Part shown: one piece after another, positions 1-13,672 of the stretch
How positions within the stretch are numbered: position 1 is the first letter of the stretch
Layout of the letters: each line of letters begins with the position of its first letter
Assembly (NCBI GenBank): GCA_049975105.1
Contig: JBNGDM010000001.1
Location: forward strand, 1 to 44,936
Reading direction: 5' to 3'
DNA length: 44,936 nt
Source of the DNA: Rhodovulum sp.
Lineage (GTDB): Bacteria; Pseudomonadota; Alphaproteobacteria; Rhodobacterales; Rhodobacteraceae
The notes under the pieces: generated by a model
Database searches by the model: none
Told to the model about the DNA's origin: nothing
Seen by the model: the letters and a program-made list of their open reading frames with translations, nothing else
Position numbers and translations under genes: made by a program

Positions 1-113
1 CTCCTTGGTGGGAAGCGGCGGCAGGTATGCGTCTGTGCGTCAGGTTAGGAAGAGTCAGGTTTACCAGGCCCCCTTGGGGTGGGGCAGAGGCACAGACGGC
101 GGGCAGTGAGACC

Positions 114-236
114 TTAAAGCAGCGCGGGCAAATGTAGTCCGGCAAACAGTGCAACCATCAGTGCAGCAGCCCCTAGAGCGTCCTGCCAAAGCGTGGCTCG
201 GGTACGAGACAGAACATTGGTCAGTTCGGACATCAT
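114..236 (-). CDS. Small hydrophobic protein, 40 aa (MMSELTNVLSRTRATLWQDALGAAALMVALFAGLHLPALL), predicted LexA-regulated
   Basis: Hand-translated and below the ORF-track cutoff. ATG at 236 (second ATG at 233), TAA at 116-114, AGGAGG SD at 250-245 (8 nt upstream). C-terminal half is hydrophobic (one predicted TM helix). Two LexA boxes lie upstream. Confidence 0.8.
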   Translation of the reverse strand: MMSELTNVLSRTRATLWQDALGAAALMVALFAGLHLPALL

Positions 237-261
237 TGGGGCAACCTCCTGCTGTATCTAT

Positions 262-276
262 GTTTCCTTTTTGTTC
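262..276. promoter_or_regulatory. LexA (SOS) box, proximal, one mismatch
   Basis: GTTT-ccttttt-GTTC versus the alphaproteobacterial consensus GTTC-N7-GTTC; overlaps the predicted -10 region of the small ORF promoter. Confidence 0.65.
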
Positions 277-296
277 TCCTTTTGAGCGCGTGTAAA

Positions 297-311
297 GAAC
301 TTTTTAAGAAC
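297..311. promoter_or_regulatory. LexA (SOS) box, perfect
   Basis: GAAC-tttttaa-GAAC, an exact alphaproteobacterial LexA direct repeat with an AT-rich 7-nt spacer; abuts a -35-like TTTACA (296-291, minus strand). Confidence 0.85.
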
Positions 312-338
312 ATTTTTGAAAGCCCTCGAACATAGCGG

Positions 339-5360
<5,022 letters not shown>

Positions 5361-5414
5361 TGCCAAGGTCTCCGCTTTGTCGTCGTTGAACTGTCACGAG
5401 TTCTGACGAACAAT

Positions 5415-5437
5415 GGTTAATTTCACCTTACCTTAAC
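5415..5437. promoter_or_regulatory. Putative CtrA site in the ctrA promoter (autoregulation)
   Basis: TTAA-tttcacc-TTAC at 5417-5431 (consensus TTAA-N7-TTAA, one mismatch; TTAACC half-site on the minus strand) plus an extra TTAAC at 5433-5437 in an AT-rich intergenic region. Confidence 0.55.
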
Positions 5438-5483
5438 AATAATCCTAGCATTTACAATTTTAAGTTGTCCAGTTAATTTCTCG

Positions 5484-5762
5484 TCAAGGTTGTCTGAACT
5501 CTTTGAGTGCGGTGACCTTCAGCCCGCGTACGCCATGATCGCGCACCGCGCGTTTCCAGCTATCCAACTCTTCCTCGGACAAGGCGTACCGCTCCAGCGC
5601 TTCGGCCTCGGAGATCAACCCTGCGGCAACCGCCTTGACCACGGCGGCCTTCCGGCTTGCAACCCAGCGACGCGTGTCGACCGGCGGTAAATCCGCCCGC
5701 GTCATGGTGGTTCCGTCCGGCAGCGTGACGGTCCGCGGCCCGTCGATACGTTTCAGAAACAT
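5484..5762 (-). CDS. sciP: CtrA inhibitor SciP (DUF1153)
   Basis: 92 aa with ADLPPVDTRRWVASRKAAVV...YALSEEEL..W signature; directly upstream of ctrA. Confidence 0.93.
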   Translation of the reverse strand: MFLKRIDGPRTVTLPDGTTMTRADLPPVDTRRWVASRKAAVVKAVAAGLISEAEALERYALSEEELDSWKRAVRDHGVRGLKVTALKEFRQP

Positions 5763-5808
5763 CGGCTCTCGTCCCTCTTGCGGATGTCCCGAAACTGGCC
5801 GGGCTTGC

Positions 5809-5823
5809 TTAAGAGCCGGTGAA
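5809..5823. promoter_or_regulatory. Putative CtrA site upstream of sciP
   Basis: TTAA-gagccgg-TGAA (one mismatch), 47-61 nt upstream of the sciP start; sciP is a known CtrA target. Confidence 0.5.
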
Positions 5824-5830
5824 GCGAAGG

Positions 5831-5858
5831 CTTGAGAGTATTTCGCATTTTCCTATAT
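5831..5858 (+). promoter_or_regulatory. Putative RpoH (sigma32)-type promoter for mnmA
   Basis: CTTG at 5831 and CCTATAT at 5852-5858 (TTG-N18-CTATAT), matching the alphaproteobacterial RpoH consensus. Confidence 0.5.
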
Positions 5859-5888
5859 TCCCTGCGAACCCTCCCAAGGAGACCTACC

Positions 5889-7037
5889 ATGGCACTCGAC
5901 GGTGCGACCCGCCCGCTCAATTCGCTCGGCTTTGCGAAGCCAGAGGGCGACACCCGTGTACTGGTGGCGATGTCCGGTGGCGTAGACAGTTCAGTCGTGG
6001 CCGCGCAACTGTCCGACGAGGGCTATGACGTGGTGGGAATAACGCTGCAACTCTATGACCACGGCGCGGCGTTGGCCAAGAAAGGTGCCTGCTGCGCAGG
6101 CCGCGATATCCATGACGCCCGCAGAGTGGCCGAACGCGTTGGCTTTCCGCATTACGTGTTGGACTACGAGAACACGTTCCGCGAAGCGGTGATCGAAGAA
6201 TTCGCCGACAGCTATTTGGCCGGGGCGACACCCGTACCCTGTATCCGTTGCAACGAGCGAGTGAAGTTCCGGGACTTGTTGGAGACTGCGAAGGACCTAG
6301 ACGCCGACTGCATGGCAACGGGCCATTACATTCAGCGCCGGACAGGCCCGGCGGGGCCGGAACTGCATTGTGCCGCAGATCCCGCGCGCGACCAGTCTTA
6401 TTTCCTGTTCTCCACCACGCGCGAGCAGCTCGACTACCTTCGCTTCCCGCTCGGCGGCCTGCCCGACAAAGCCGCGACGCGGGCGCTGGCGACGAAATAC
6501 GGGCTTCCGGTGGCGGACAAACCCGACAGCCAAGACATCTGCTTCGTGCCCTTGGGCAATTATGCCAGTGTGATCGAGAAACTTCGCCCGGGCGCGGCGG
6601 AACCGGGCGAGATTGTGCATGCGGACGGGCGCGTGCTTGGCACTCACGAGGGCGTGATTCACTACACGATCGGCCAGCGCCGGGGGCTGGGGATCGGCGG
6701 GCTTTCCGAGCCTCTTTATGTCGTTCGGCTGGACGTTGATGCGCGCCGAGTGATCGTGGGCCCGAAGCAGATGCTGGCCACCCGGATCGTGCCGGTGCGC
6801 GAGGTGAACTGGTTGGGCGACGCGCCGATGACGTCACGGCCGGAATGGGAAATTTCGGTGAAGGTGCGTTCGACCCGACCAGCGCGCCCGGCGATCCTGC
6901 GCCCGCTTTCGGAGACCGAGGCGGAGGTTGAATTGCTGACACCCGAGGAGGGCGTGAGCCCGGGCCAAGCCTGTGTGTTTTATGAGACCGGCGGGACACG
7001 GGTTCATGGCGGCGGCTGGATCTGGCGCGGCGCCTGA
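5889..7037 (+). CDS. mnmA: tRNA-specific 2-thiouridylase MnmA
   Basis: [40 protein letters not shown] and PGQACVFY motifs. SD AAGGAG before ATG 5889. Confidence 0.97.
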   Translation: MALDGATRPLNSLGFAKPEGDTRVLVAMSGGVDSSVVAAQLSDEGYDVVGITLQLYDHGAALAKKGACCAGRDIHDARRVAERVGFPHYVLDYENTFREAVIEEFADSYLAGATPVPCIRCNERVKFRDLLETAKDLDADCMATGHYIQRRTGPAGPELHCAADPARDQSYFLFSTTREQLDYLRFPLGGLPDKAATRALATKYGLPVADKPDSQDICFVPLGNYASVIEKLRPGAAEPGEIVHADGRVLGTHEGVIHYTIGQRRGLGIGGLSEPLYVVRLDVDARRVIVGPKQMLATRIVPVREVNWLGDAPMTSRPEWEISVKVRSTRPARPAILRPLSETEAEVELLTPEEGVSPGQACVFYETGGTRVHGGGWIWRGA

Positions 7038-7092
7038 TCCGCCTTCGGCGCGGCATGGTGGACACTGTATCGGCCGGTCGTTTTGTTGAAAG

Positions 7093-8253
7093 TCAAGCCA
7101 GACCGTCAAGCACTGCTCGAGCAGCGCGCAGGCCGGGCGGTTCGCCCCCCTGTCCCAAGCGCGCCATGGTTAGGTGCGCAGCTTCGGCTTGGGCCGTGCG
7201 GGCACCAGGATCGTCCAGCAGCCGCTTCAGGGCTGCGGCGATCGAGGCCGGTCTGCAGTTCTGACCAAGGAATTCCGGTACGGCGCGGGTTTCGCTTACG
7301 ATGTTGACCAAGGTCACGGTATCGAGTCGCAGCATACGGCCGATGATGCGCCGGCTAAGCCAATTCATGTCATAGGCGATGACCATCGGCGTTCCTGCCG
7401 CCGCCAGTTCCAGCGAGACGGTGCCCGAGGCGGCAAGCGCGAGGTCCGCGGCTGCAAAGGCCGCACGTTTCTCGGCTGCCGCATCGGTGCTGGAGCGCGG
7501 ATCGAGGATTACCGGCGCGCCAGGCCAAGTTGAGGCGAGGCCGGTCACCGCGTCCGCGACGGCGGCGGCGGCGGGCAATACGACCCGGATCGCGGGGTTG
7601 CTGCTCAGGACACATCTTAGCGCCTCACCGAAGATCGGGGCAAGACGCGAGACCTCGCCCAGACGCGACCCAGGTAGGGCAAGCAATATGCGTGCATCGG
7701 CGTCAATGCCATGGGCGGCGCGGAAAGCGGCGGCATCTTCGGGAGTGGCGCGGGGCTCCGCCACGACAGGGTGGCCGACGAAGTCGCAGCGCATCCCTTC
7801 GGCCTGCATGTAAGGCGGCTCGAATGGGAACAGCGCAAGCACCTGGTCGATCACCTCGGCCATTCGCGCGGCGCGCTGCGGACGCCAGGCCCAGACCGTC
7901 GGGGCAACGTAGTGCACGGTATGGGTGTGTGAGCGCGCCTTGACCCGGCGCGCAACGCGCAGATTGAAATCGGGGCTGTCGATCGTGACGAGGGCTTCCG
8001 GTGACAGTCGTACCACCTCGTCTGCGCACTGGTTGATGCGGCGCATCAAGTCGCGATAGCGCGGCAGCACCTCAGCCAGCCCCATGACGCTGAGTTCGTT
8101 CATCGGAAACAGGCTCTCCAGACCCTCGGCCTGCATGAGCGGACCGCCAACGCCGTGGAAATCCAAACCTGCCGACAACTTTTTGAGCCCGGCCATCAGA
8201 GCAGCCCCGAGCACATCGCCCGAAGGCTCTCCGGCGATTAGGAAGAGCCGCAT
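7093..8253 (-). CDS. lpxB: Lipid-A-disaccharide synthase
   Basis: IAGEPSGD, IDSPDFN, YVAPTVWAWR, LPGSR and ASGTVSLE motifs. Start at ATG 8253. Confidence 0.96.
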   Translation of the reverse strand: MRLFLIAGEPSGDVLGAALMAGLKKLSAGLDFHGVGGPLMQAEGLESLFPMNELSVMGLAEVLPRYRDLMRRINQCADEVVRLSPEALVTIDSPDFNLRVARRVKARSHTHTVHYVAPTVWAWRPQRAARMAEVIDQVLALFPFEPPYMQAEGMRCDFVGHPVVAEPRATPEDAAAFRAAHGIDADARILLALPGSRLGEVSRLAPIFGEALRCVLSSNPAIRVVLPAAAAVADAVTGLASTWPGAPVILDPRSSTDAAAEKRAAFAAADLALAASGTVSLELAAAGTPMVIAYDMNWLSRRIIGRMLRLDTVTLVNIVSETRAVPEFLGQNCRPASIAAALKRLLDDPGARTAQAEAAHLTMARLGQGGEPPGLRAARAVLDGLA

Positions 8254-9083
8254 GGCGGGCGAATCCAGAGAAAAAGCCCCAGCGCGTCTGCCCGGGCGAT
8301 GGTCGCAACCGGGTCGAGAACCAGAACACCGCCAGCCTCGACAACGATCCCGGCAAGCCCGGCGCGTCCAGCGGCGTCCACCGTGGCCGGGCCAATCGTT
8401 GGCAGGTCGATACGCCGGTCCTGACCGGGTTTCGGCGCCTTGAAGAAAACGCCCAGAGCGCCGTCCGGGTCCGGACGGCAGGCGCTGCCGAACGCGGCGA
8501 CCCAGTCGAGCATGGCATCTGTGCCGGGCAAGGTCTCGACGGCAAGGCAAAGCCCCTGCGCCACCACCGCTCCCTGCCCAACATCGACCGCTCCCAACGC
8601 GGTGACGATCTGTCGGGCGCGGTCGGCATCTGCCTCGTCCGCGTCGCTGGGATGCGCGCGGCTAGGCACGCCGGGATCGGGCAAAAGGTCGGGCGCAATA
8701 GAGTCGGCGCCGACCACCTGAAACCCGCCCTCCTCGAACAGGTTTACCACCGCGCGTAAGGCCGCATCGTCCCCTTGTCCGAGTAGCGGAAGAATCCGTG
8801 GAAGAAGTTGCGCGGTTTTCGGGTCTATCCGCTCTGGATCGAGCTGGGGCCGTGTAACAGCGCCGGCGAAAACCACACGCTTGATGCCCCGATCATGCAG
8901 ATGGTCCAACAACAGCGCCAGCCGTTCCAACGCGAAGGTTTCTACCGGCAGCCCGTCGGGATTCTCCATCTCGAATCCCTCGACTTGAGCGATCACGCAG
9001 GGGCCGTCAGCGGCGGCAAGCGCGCGGGCAAGTCGGGCCGGCAATGCACCGCGGCCGGCGATGAGGGCGATAGGGCTTGCCAT
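8238..9083 (-). CDS. lpxI: UDP-2,3-diacylglucosamine pyrophosphatase LpxI (DUF1009)
   Basis: IAGRGALP, GDDAAL, DVGQGAVV, E..GTDAML and KPGQDRRIDLPTIG motifs; lies between lpxA and lpxB. Confidence 0.92.
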   Translation of the reverse strand: MASPIALIAGRGALPARLARALAAADGPCVIAQVEGFEMENPDGLPVETFALERLALLLDHLHDRGIKRVVFAGAVTRPQLDPERIDPKTAQLLPRILPLLGQGDDAALRAVVNLFEEGGFQVVGADSIAPDLLPDPGVPSRAHPSDADEADADRARQIVTALGAVDVGQGAVVAQGLCLAVETLPGTDAMLDWVAAFGSACRPDPDGALGVFFKAPKPGQDRRIDLPTIGPATVDAAGRAGLAGIVVEAGGVLVLDPVATIARADALGLFLWIRPPCGSS

Positions 9084-9880
9084 CAGCCCGGTGTGAGAAA
9101 GGACCGGTCGGATTCGGCCAGAACGAAGCCGACCATCTCGCGCACATAGGCGCTGCTGGCCTCGTCCGATAGCCGCCGCGCGCGTTCCTGGAACGACCCT
9201 TCACCCTGCGCCAACGCCTGAAATGCGGCCCTTAGCGCGGCGATATCCTCGCGCGCGACGCCGCCACGCTTGAGGCCGACAAGGTTCAACCCGTCCAGCG
9301 TACCGCGTGGCCCCTGTACGAGACCATATGGGATTACGTCGTTCGTCACCATCGTCACCGCTCCGATGATCGCCCCCTTGCCCACGCGCACCCATTGGTG
9401 GATTCCCGACAGGCCGCCAATGATCACCCCGTCCCCAATGACGCAATGCCCGGCAAGCGCAGCATGGTTGGCCATGATCACGCCATTGCCGACCTGCGCA
9501 TCGTGTCCGACATGGGCGCCGGTCATGAACAGGCAGTCGTCGCCCACCCGTGTCACACCGCCGCCGCCTGCGGTGCCGGTGTTCATCGTCACGCCCTCAC
9601 GGATACGGTTGCGCGCGCCCACAACCAGCCGCGTCTCCTCGCCACGGAACTTCAGGTCCTGCGGAATGTCACCGATATTGGCGAAAGGAAAGATCACCGT
9701 GCCCTCTCCGATATCCGTGAGCCCGGTGACTATGGCATGACTCCGCACCTCGACGCGTTCGCCAAGACGCACCTTCGGACCAATCACCGAAAACGGACCG
9801 ACCGATACACCTGGGCCAATCTCGGCCCCGGCCTCGACGACGGCCGATGGGTGTATCTGCGCGCTGGGATCAACGCCCAT
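9083..9880 (-). CDS. lpxA: UDP-N-acetylglucosamine O-acyltransferase
   Basis: Hexapeptide repeats, PQDLKF, HVGHD, IHQWVRVG and GLNLVGLKR motifs. Confidence 0.97.
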   Translation of the reverse strand: MGVDPSAQIHPSAVVEAGAEIGPGVSVGPFSVIGPKVRLGERVEVRSHAIVTGLTDIGEGTVIFPFANIGDIPQDLKFRGEETRLVVGARNRIREGVTMNTGTAGGGGVTRVGDDCLFMTGAHVGHDAQVGNGVIMANHAALAGHCVIGDGVIIGGLSGIHQWVRVGKGAIIGAVTMVTNDVIPYGLVQGPRGTLDGLNLVGLKRGGVAREDIAALRAAFQALAQGEGSFQERARRLSDEASSAYVREMVGFVLAESDRSFLTPG

Positions 9881-9884
9881 CACA

Positions 9885-10346
9885 TTACTCCTGCGGCAGA
9901 TCCATCATTGCGGTGAATTCCGCCTCGGCGGCCATATCTCCCTCTACCTTGGCGATACCTTCGAATTTCCACACCTTGGACCCGCCCCGCTTGACGGAAA
10001 TATGCAACTCAAGCACGTCGCCGGGAACGACCTTGCGGCGGAACTTGCATTTGTCGATTGCCATAAAATAGACCAACAGTTCCTTGTCGACCATGTCCAT
10101 GGATATCCCGGTCATCACCGCCGCGGTCTGCGCCATGGCCTCGACGATGGTCACGCCCGGCATGATCGGCGTCCCTGGAAAATGGCCTTGGAAATGCGGC
10201 TCGTTCATCGTCACATTCTTGATCCCGACGGCGCCTTTGTTCGGCACGATGTCGCGCACTTTGTCGATCAAAAGGAATGGGTAGCGATGTGGAATAATCC
10301 GCTGGATCAGCTGGATGTCGGCTTCGGTCACGGCAGCACTGGTCAT
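9885..10346 (-). CDS. fabZ: 3-hydroxyacyl-ACP dehydratase
   Basis: [11 protein letters not shown] and FQGHFP..PIMPGV..VEAMAQ motifs. Confidence 0.97.
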   Translation of the reverse strand: MTSAAVTEADIQLIQRIIPHRYPFLLIDKVRDIVPNKGAVGIKNVTMNEPHFQGHFPGTPIMPGVTIVEAMAQTAAVMTGISMDMVDKELLVYFMAIDKCKFRRKVVPGDVLELHISVKRGGSKVWKFEGIAKVEGDMAAEAEFTAMMDLPQE

Positions 10347-10400
10347 CTCAACGGGCTCCTTGCACTCCGGGGCCGGGCCCGGCGGCCCGTGTCCGGCAGA

Positions 10401-10430
10401 GGCCTAGCAACTCCCCACGTCCGGGGCAAG
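10401..10430 (-). promoter_or_regulatory. Possible internal promoter for fabZ-lpxA-lpxI-lpxB
   Basis: CTTGCCC-N17-TAGGCC on the minus strand in the skp-fabZ gap; resembles alphaproteobacterial sigma70 promoters but is a weak match. Confidence 0.3.
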
Positions 10431-10435
10431 CCGCG

Positions 10436-11047
10436 CTACTCGGCATTGACAGGGGGGGCATCCGGGGTGGCCGGCCCTTGGAGGCGCCTGTCAGGCGCCG
10501 AACCGGCATCGAGTTGCGAATCGATCGCCTCAATCGCATCGTCAGTGATGTCTACCTGTTCCGCCGAGAGGATCACCGCGCCCCGTTCCAGCACCACCAC
10601 CGCACCACGCTCGCGGACGATTTCGGCCACCAGCGGAAGCGCATGCCGGTAGAACGCCTGGCGGTCGGCCTCGCTGCGCTGGTTCAGCGCGCGCGACTTA
10701 GCGTCTTGGGCGCGACGAATTTCCACCACTTTCTCATCGAAGGCCTCGGCCAGCGCGCGGAACTCCTCGGGTGGCAAACTTGGGCGACGCTCGGTCAACT
10801 CCAGCTCTTCCTCGATCAGCTTGCCCTCGATCCGTCGGTTCTCGGCAGCAAGCGCTGCACTTTCGGCTTCGAGAGACGCGACCATGGCTTGGCCAAAGCG
10901 GCTATCGGTGAACAGACGGTCCTGATCGATCGTCAGAATCGGGCTACGCAATGGCAGCCCCCCGCTGATTTCCTGCGCGCCAACAGGGCCGCCCACCACG
11001 GTCCAACCGAGCAAAAAATGAAGTATCACGGCGCGCAAATTGCGCAT
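10436..11047 (-). CDS. skp: OmpH/Skp family periplasmic chaperone
   Basis: Signal peptide, long helical charged core, ...VDITDDAIEAID C-terminus; position between bamA and fabZ. Confidence 0.85.
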   Translation of the reverse strand: MRNLRAVILHFLLGWTVVGGPVGAQEISGGLPLRSPILTIDQDRLFTDSRFGQAMVASLEAESAALAAENRRIEGKLIEEELELTERRPSLPPEEFRALAEAFDEKVVEIRRAQDAKSRALNQRSEADRQAFYRHALPLVAEIVRERGAVVVLERGAVILSAEQVDITDDAIEAIDSQLDAGSAPDRRLQGPATPDAPPVNAE

Positions 11048-11051
11048 TCGT

Positions 11052-13373
11052 CTAGAACCGTGTGGAGATCGTCAGATCAAAATTCTGCTCGCGATCATAG
11101 TCTTCCTTCTTGATCGCGTTCGAGAAGTTGAAGCGCAGCGGACCAATCGGAGTGTCCCAGAAAATCGAGAAACCGACCGACGAACGAAGGTTGAAATCGT
11201 CATCCACCGCACCCGGGTTATCAAGGCCCCAGACCGAGCCAACATCCGCGAACAGACCTCCGCTAATGCCGTACTCTTCGGGCAGTCCCAATGGGAACTG
11301 CGCCTCGAAACGGGCCACCGCGAACATGTTGCCGCCCAGAGCCTCTTTCTCGGTCGTGGTCAGATCGCGCGGTCCAAGGCCGTTGCCCTCGAAGCCACGG
11401 ATCTTACCGTTCAGGAAATAACGATCCATAAGCCGGCTGTCTTGGCTTCCCAGCATCGACAACACGCCACCTTCGAGCTCGGCCCGAAGAGTGATTTCCT
11501 CGTTCCAAGCGGTGGTTTGCGCAGCTACAAGTGCCGTCGTCTCGATGTATTCGAGGTCGCCGCCCAGCCCCGCAAAATCCTGACTGAACTCCAAGCGCAG
11601 GCCGCGGTTCGGATCCAGTCCGGTCAGCCGGCTGTCGTAGCTCAACGTATAGCCGATCTTGGAATAGTTCAGGGCTCCGCGATCAGCATCCTCTTGAATT
11701 ATCGTCGACTCGCCGGTGTAGTTGCGAAGGGTCGCCTCGCCGAAAGTGTAGCGCAATTCAAGGCGAGCGGCTTCGGATAGTGGGAACTCAAGAGCTGGGG
11801 AAACCTCAACCAGTCTGGTGTCGTATAACGAGTCGTAAGCCTCATCAGTCTCGGAATAGACTGCCGAAAACCGGAAGCGAACGTCGCGACCTAGAAAAGC
11901 GGGCTCGGCAAAGACCAAACGCGAGGTGTTGTCGTCTTCGCTGGTATCCAGCCGAAAGCTCAGATACTGGCCCCTCCCGAGGAAGTTGGCCTCGGTGAAC
12001 GAAATGGCCGCACCGGGCCCATCTATTTCAGAATAGTTCAATCCGAAAGACAGCGATCCCGTGGGCTGTTCCTCGACATTGACATCGACAATCATCTGGT
12101 CGGCTGCGGTTCCCTCGCGCGCGCTCACGTCAGCCTCGGAAAAGAAGCCCAATGCGCGTATCCGATCTGCGGCTTCCCGGATTTCGCGCGGATTGAAAGG
12201 ATCACCCTCAACGGTCTTGAATTGCCGCCGGATTACCCGGTCAAGAGTGGTAGCGTTGCCCTCGATATCGATGCGCTCGACGAACATGCGAGGGCCGCGG
12301 GTCACCACGAACTCCACGTCCAGGGTCAGATCACGGTCGTTGCGAACGATGCGGGGTTCCACCCGGACGAAATTCAAACCCTGCCGTATCGCAAGCCGCT
12401 CCATGCGGGCTATGACATTCTCGACCGCCACGGGCGTGTAGACTTGACCTGCAGTGATATTGGAGGCGCGCTGGAATTCTTCTGGGTCTACCTCGGCCAA
12501 GTCAGACACGGTCGTGACGTCGCCAAAGCGGAATTGCTGACCCTCGCGGATATTGAAGGTCAAAAGATAGGCATCGCGGTTCCGCGTCAACTCGGGCGTC
12601 ACCGACAGGACCTGGAAGTCGATGTAGCCGCGCGACGAATAGAAATCCGTCAACACCTGTTTGTCGAACTCGATCCGGTCGGCAACGAATGTGTCTGACC
12701 GTACGAAGCGGCGGAGGATACCCGCCTGTTTTGTCGCAAGCGCACGGCGAAGGCGGCGTTCGGAGTAGGCCCGGTTGCCCACGAACGAAATCCGCTCAAT
12801 TTCGACCACGGAACCTTCGGTGACCTCGAAAACAAGGTCCACGCGGTTGTCCGACCTGCGGATGACCTTCGGCATCACGCTGGCGGCCAACCGGCCCTGT
12901 TGTTCATAAGCTGCCACGATCGCGGCCGCATCGGCCTCGGCCGTGCTGGGCGAATAGACGCGGCGCGAGCGCGACTGGACGATCTCGGCCAGATCCTCGT
13001 CCTTGATGCGCGCGTTGCCTTCGAAGTTGATCACGTTGATTGTCGGGAATTCGCTGACGTTGATGACCAGCGTTCCGCCCCGCGGCACGAGTTCAACATT
13101 CTCGAACAGACCGGTGTCGATGATCGCCTGATACGCATCGTTCAGCCGGGCCGCGGAAACCGCTTCGCCGCGGCCGATGCCCGCGTAGGAAAGAATTGTC
13201 GTGGCATCGACGCGCTGATTGCCGTTCACCTCGACACTGGAAAACCGATAGGTCTGCGCCAGCACAGCTTGTGGCGCCACTGCGGATGTCCCCGCCACGC
13301 CTAGGAACACCGAGGCTGCGATAAGGTGCGCTCGCCCCCGCCGGCCGATTTCCGCGCGTTCGATTCTCGACAT
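11052..13373 (-). CDS. bamA: Outer membrane protein assembly factor BamA
   Basis: POTRA repeats, IRGF loop motif, W.TPIGPLRFNF and C-terminal Phe. Confidence 0.97.
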   Translation of the reverse strand: MSRIERAEIGRRGRAHLIAASVFLGVAGTSAVAPQAVLAQTYRFSSVEVNGNQRVDATTILSYAGIGRGEAVSAARLNDAYQAIIDTGLFENVELVPRGGTLVINVSEFPTINVINFEGNARIKDEDLAEIVQSRSRRVYSPSTAEADAAAIVAAYEQQGRLAASVMPKVIRRSDNRVDLVFEVTEGSVVEIERISFVGNRAYSERRLRRALATKQAGILRRFVRSDTFVADRIEFDKQVLTDFYSSRGYIDFQVLSVTPELTRNRDAYLLTFNIREGQQFRFGDVTTVSDLAEVDPEEFQRASNITAGQVYTPVAVENVIARMERLAIRQGLNFVRVEPRIVRNDRDLTLDVEFVVTRGPRMFVERIDIEGNATTLDRVIRRQFKTVEGDPFNPREIREAADRIRALGFFSEADVSAREGTAADQMIVDVNVEEQPTGSLSFGLNYSEIDGPGAAISFTEANFLGRGQYLSFRLDTSEDDNTSRLVFAEPAFLGRDVRFRFSAVYSETDEAYDSLYDTRLVEVSPALEFPLSEAARLELRYTFGEATLRNYTGESTIIQEDADRGALNYSKIGYTLSYDSRLTGLDPNRGLRLEFSQDFAGLGGDLEYIETTALVAAQTTAWNEEITLRAELEGGVLSMLGSQDSRLMDRYFLNGKIRGFEGNGLGPRDLTTTEKEALGGNMFAVARFEAQFPLGLPEEYGISGGLFADVGSVWGLDNPGAVDDDFNLRSSVGFSIFWDTPIGPLRFNFSNAIKKEDYDREQNFDLTISTRF

Positions 13374-13409
13374 GTCGACGTTCCGCCCTGACGTTTTTTT
13401 CTTCAGCTT

Positions 13410-13438
13410 TTGCTACCGGGAACGTCTGCCGATGTCAA
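13410..13438 (-). promoter_or_regulatory. sigma70-type promoter for bamA
   Basis: TTGACA (13438-13433)-N17-TAGCAA (13415-13410) on the minus strand, 37 nt upstream of the bamA ATG. Confidence 0.55.
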
Positions 13439-13534
13439 AAGCCTAAGGACAGAGAAGACGTGACAGATGCTTTCGCTCCGCAAAAACAGAGCGCCATGCC
13501 AGTCCTGCGCCGCGGCCGATCTCCGACGGCGCCG

Positions 13535-13672
13535 TCAAAGTGTCATGATATAGCCGCAGAGGCTCAGCGATATACCGATTGCGGTTGGAAACAAGAGCCG
13601 GTCTAGGCTGATATCAACAAGTAGAATCAGCCCATAGTATCCGTCGCGGAGTGTCTGGATGGCCTGGGTCAT
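13535..13672 (-). CDS. Small membrane protein, 45 aa (MTQAIQTLRDGYYGLILLVDISLDRLLFPTAIGISLSLCGYIMTL)
   Basis: Hand-translated; occupies the 399-nt rseP-bamA gap, co-oriented with both, two hydrophobic segments. Alternative in-frame ATG at 13711 (58 aa). No clear SD. Confidence 0.5.
   Translation of the reverse strand: MTQAIQTLRDGYYGLILLVDISLDRLLFPTAIGISLSLCGYIMTL

Noticed and set aside
5917-7065. 382-aa minus-strand ORF antisense to mnmA
   Set aside because: Arg/Pro/Ser-rich low-complexity translation; shadow frame.
13606-13632. GGCTGAT...ATCAGCC inverted repeat as a possible sRNA or terminator
   Set aside because: Only a 7-bp stem, no U-tract, and it lies within the candidate small ORF.
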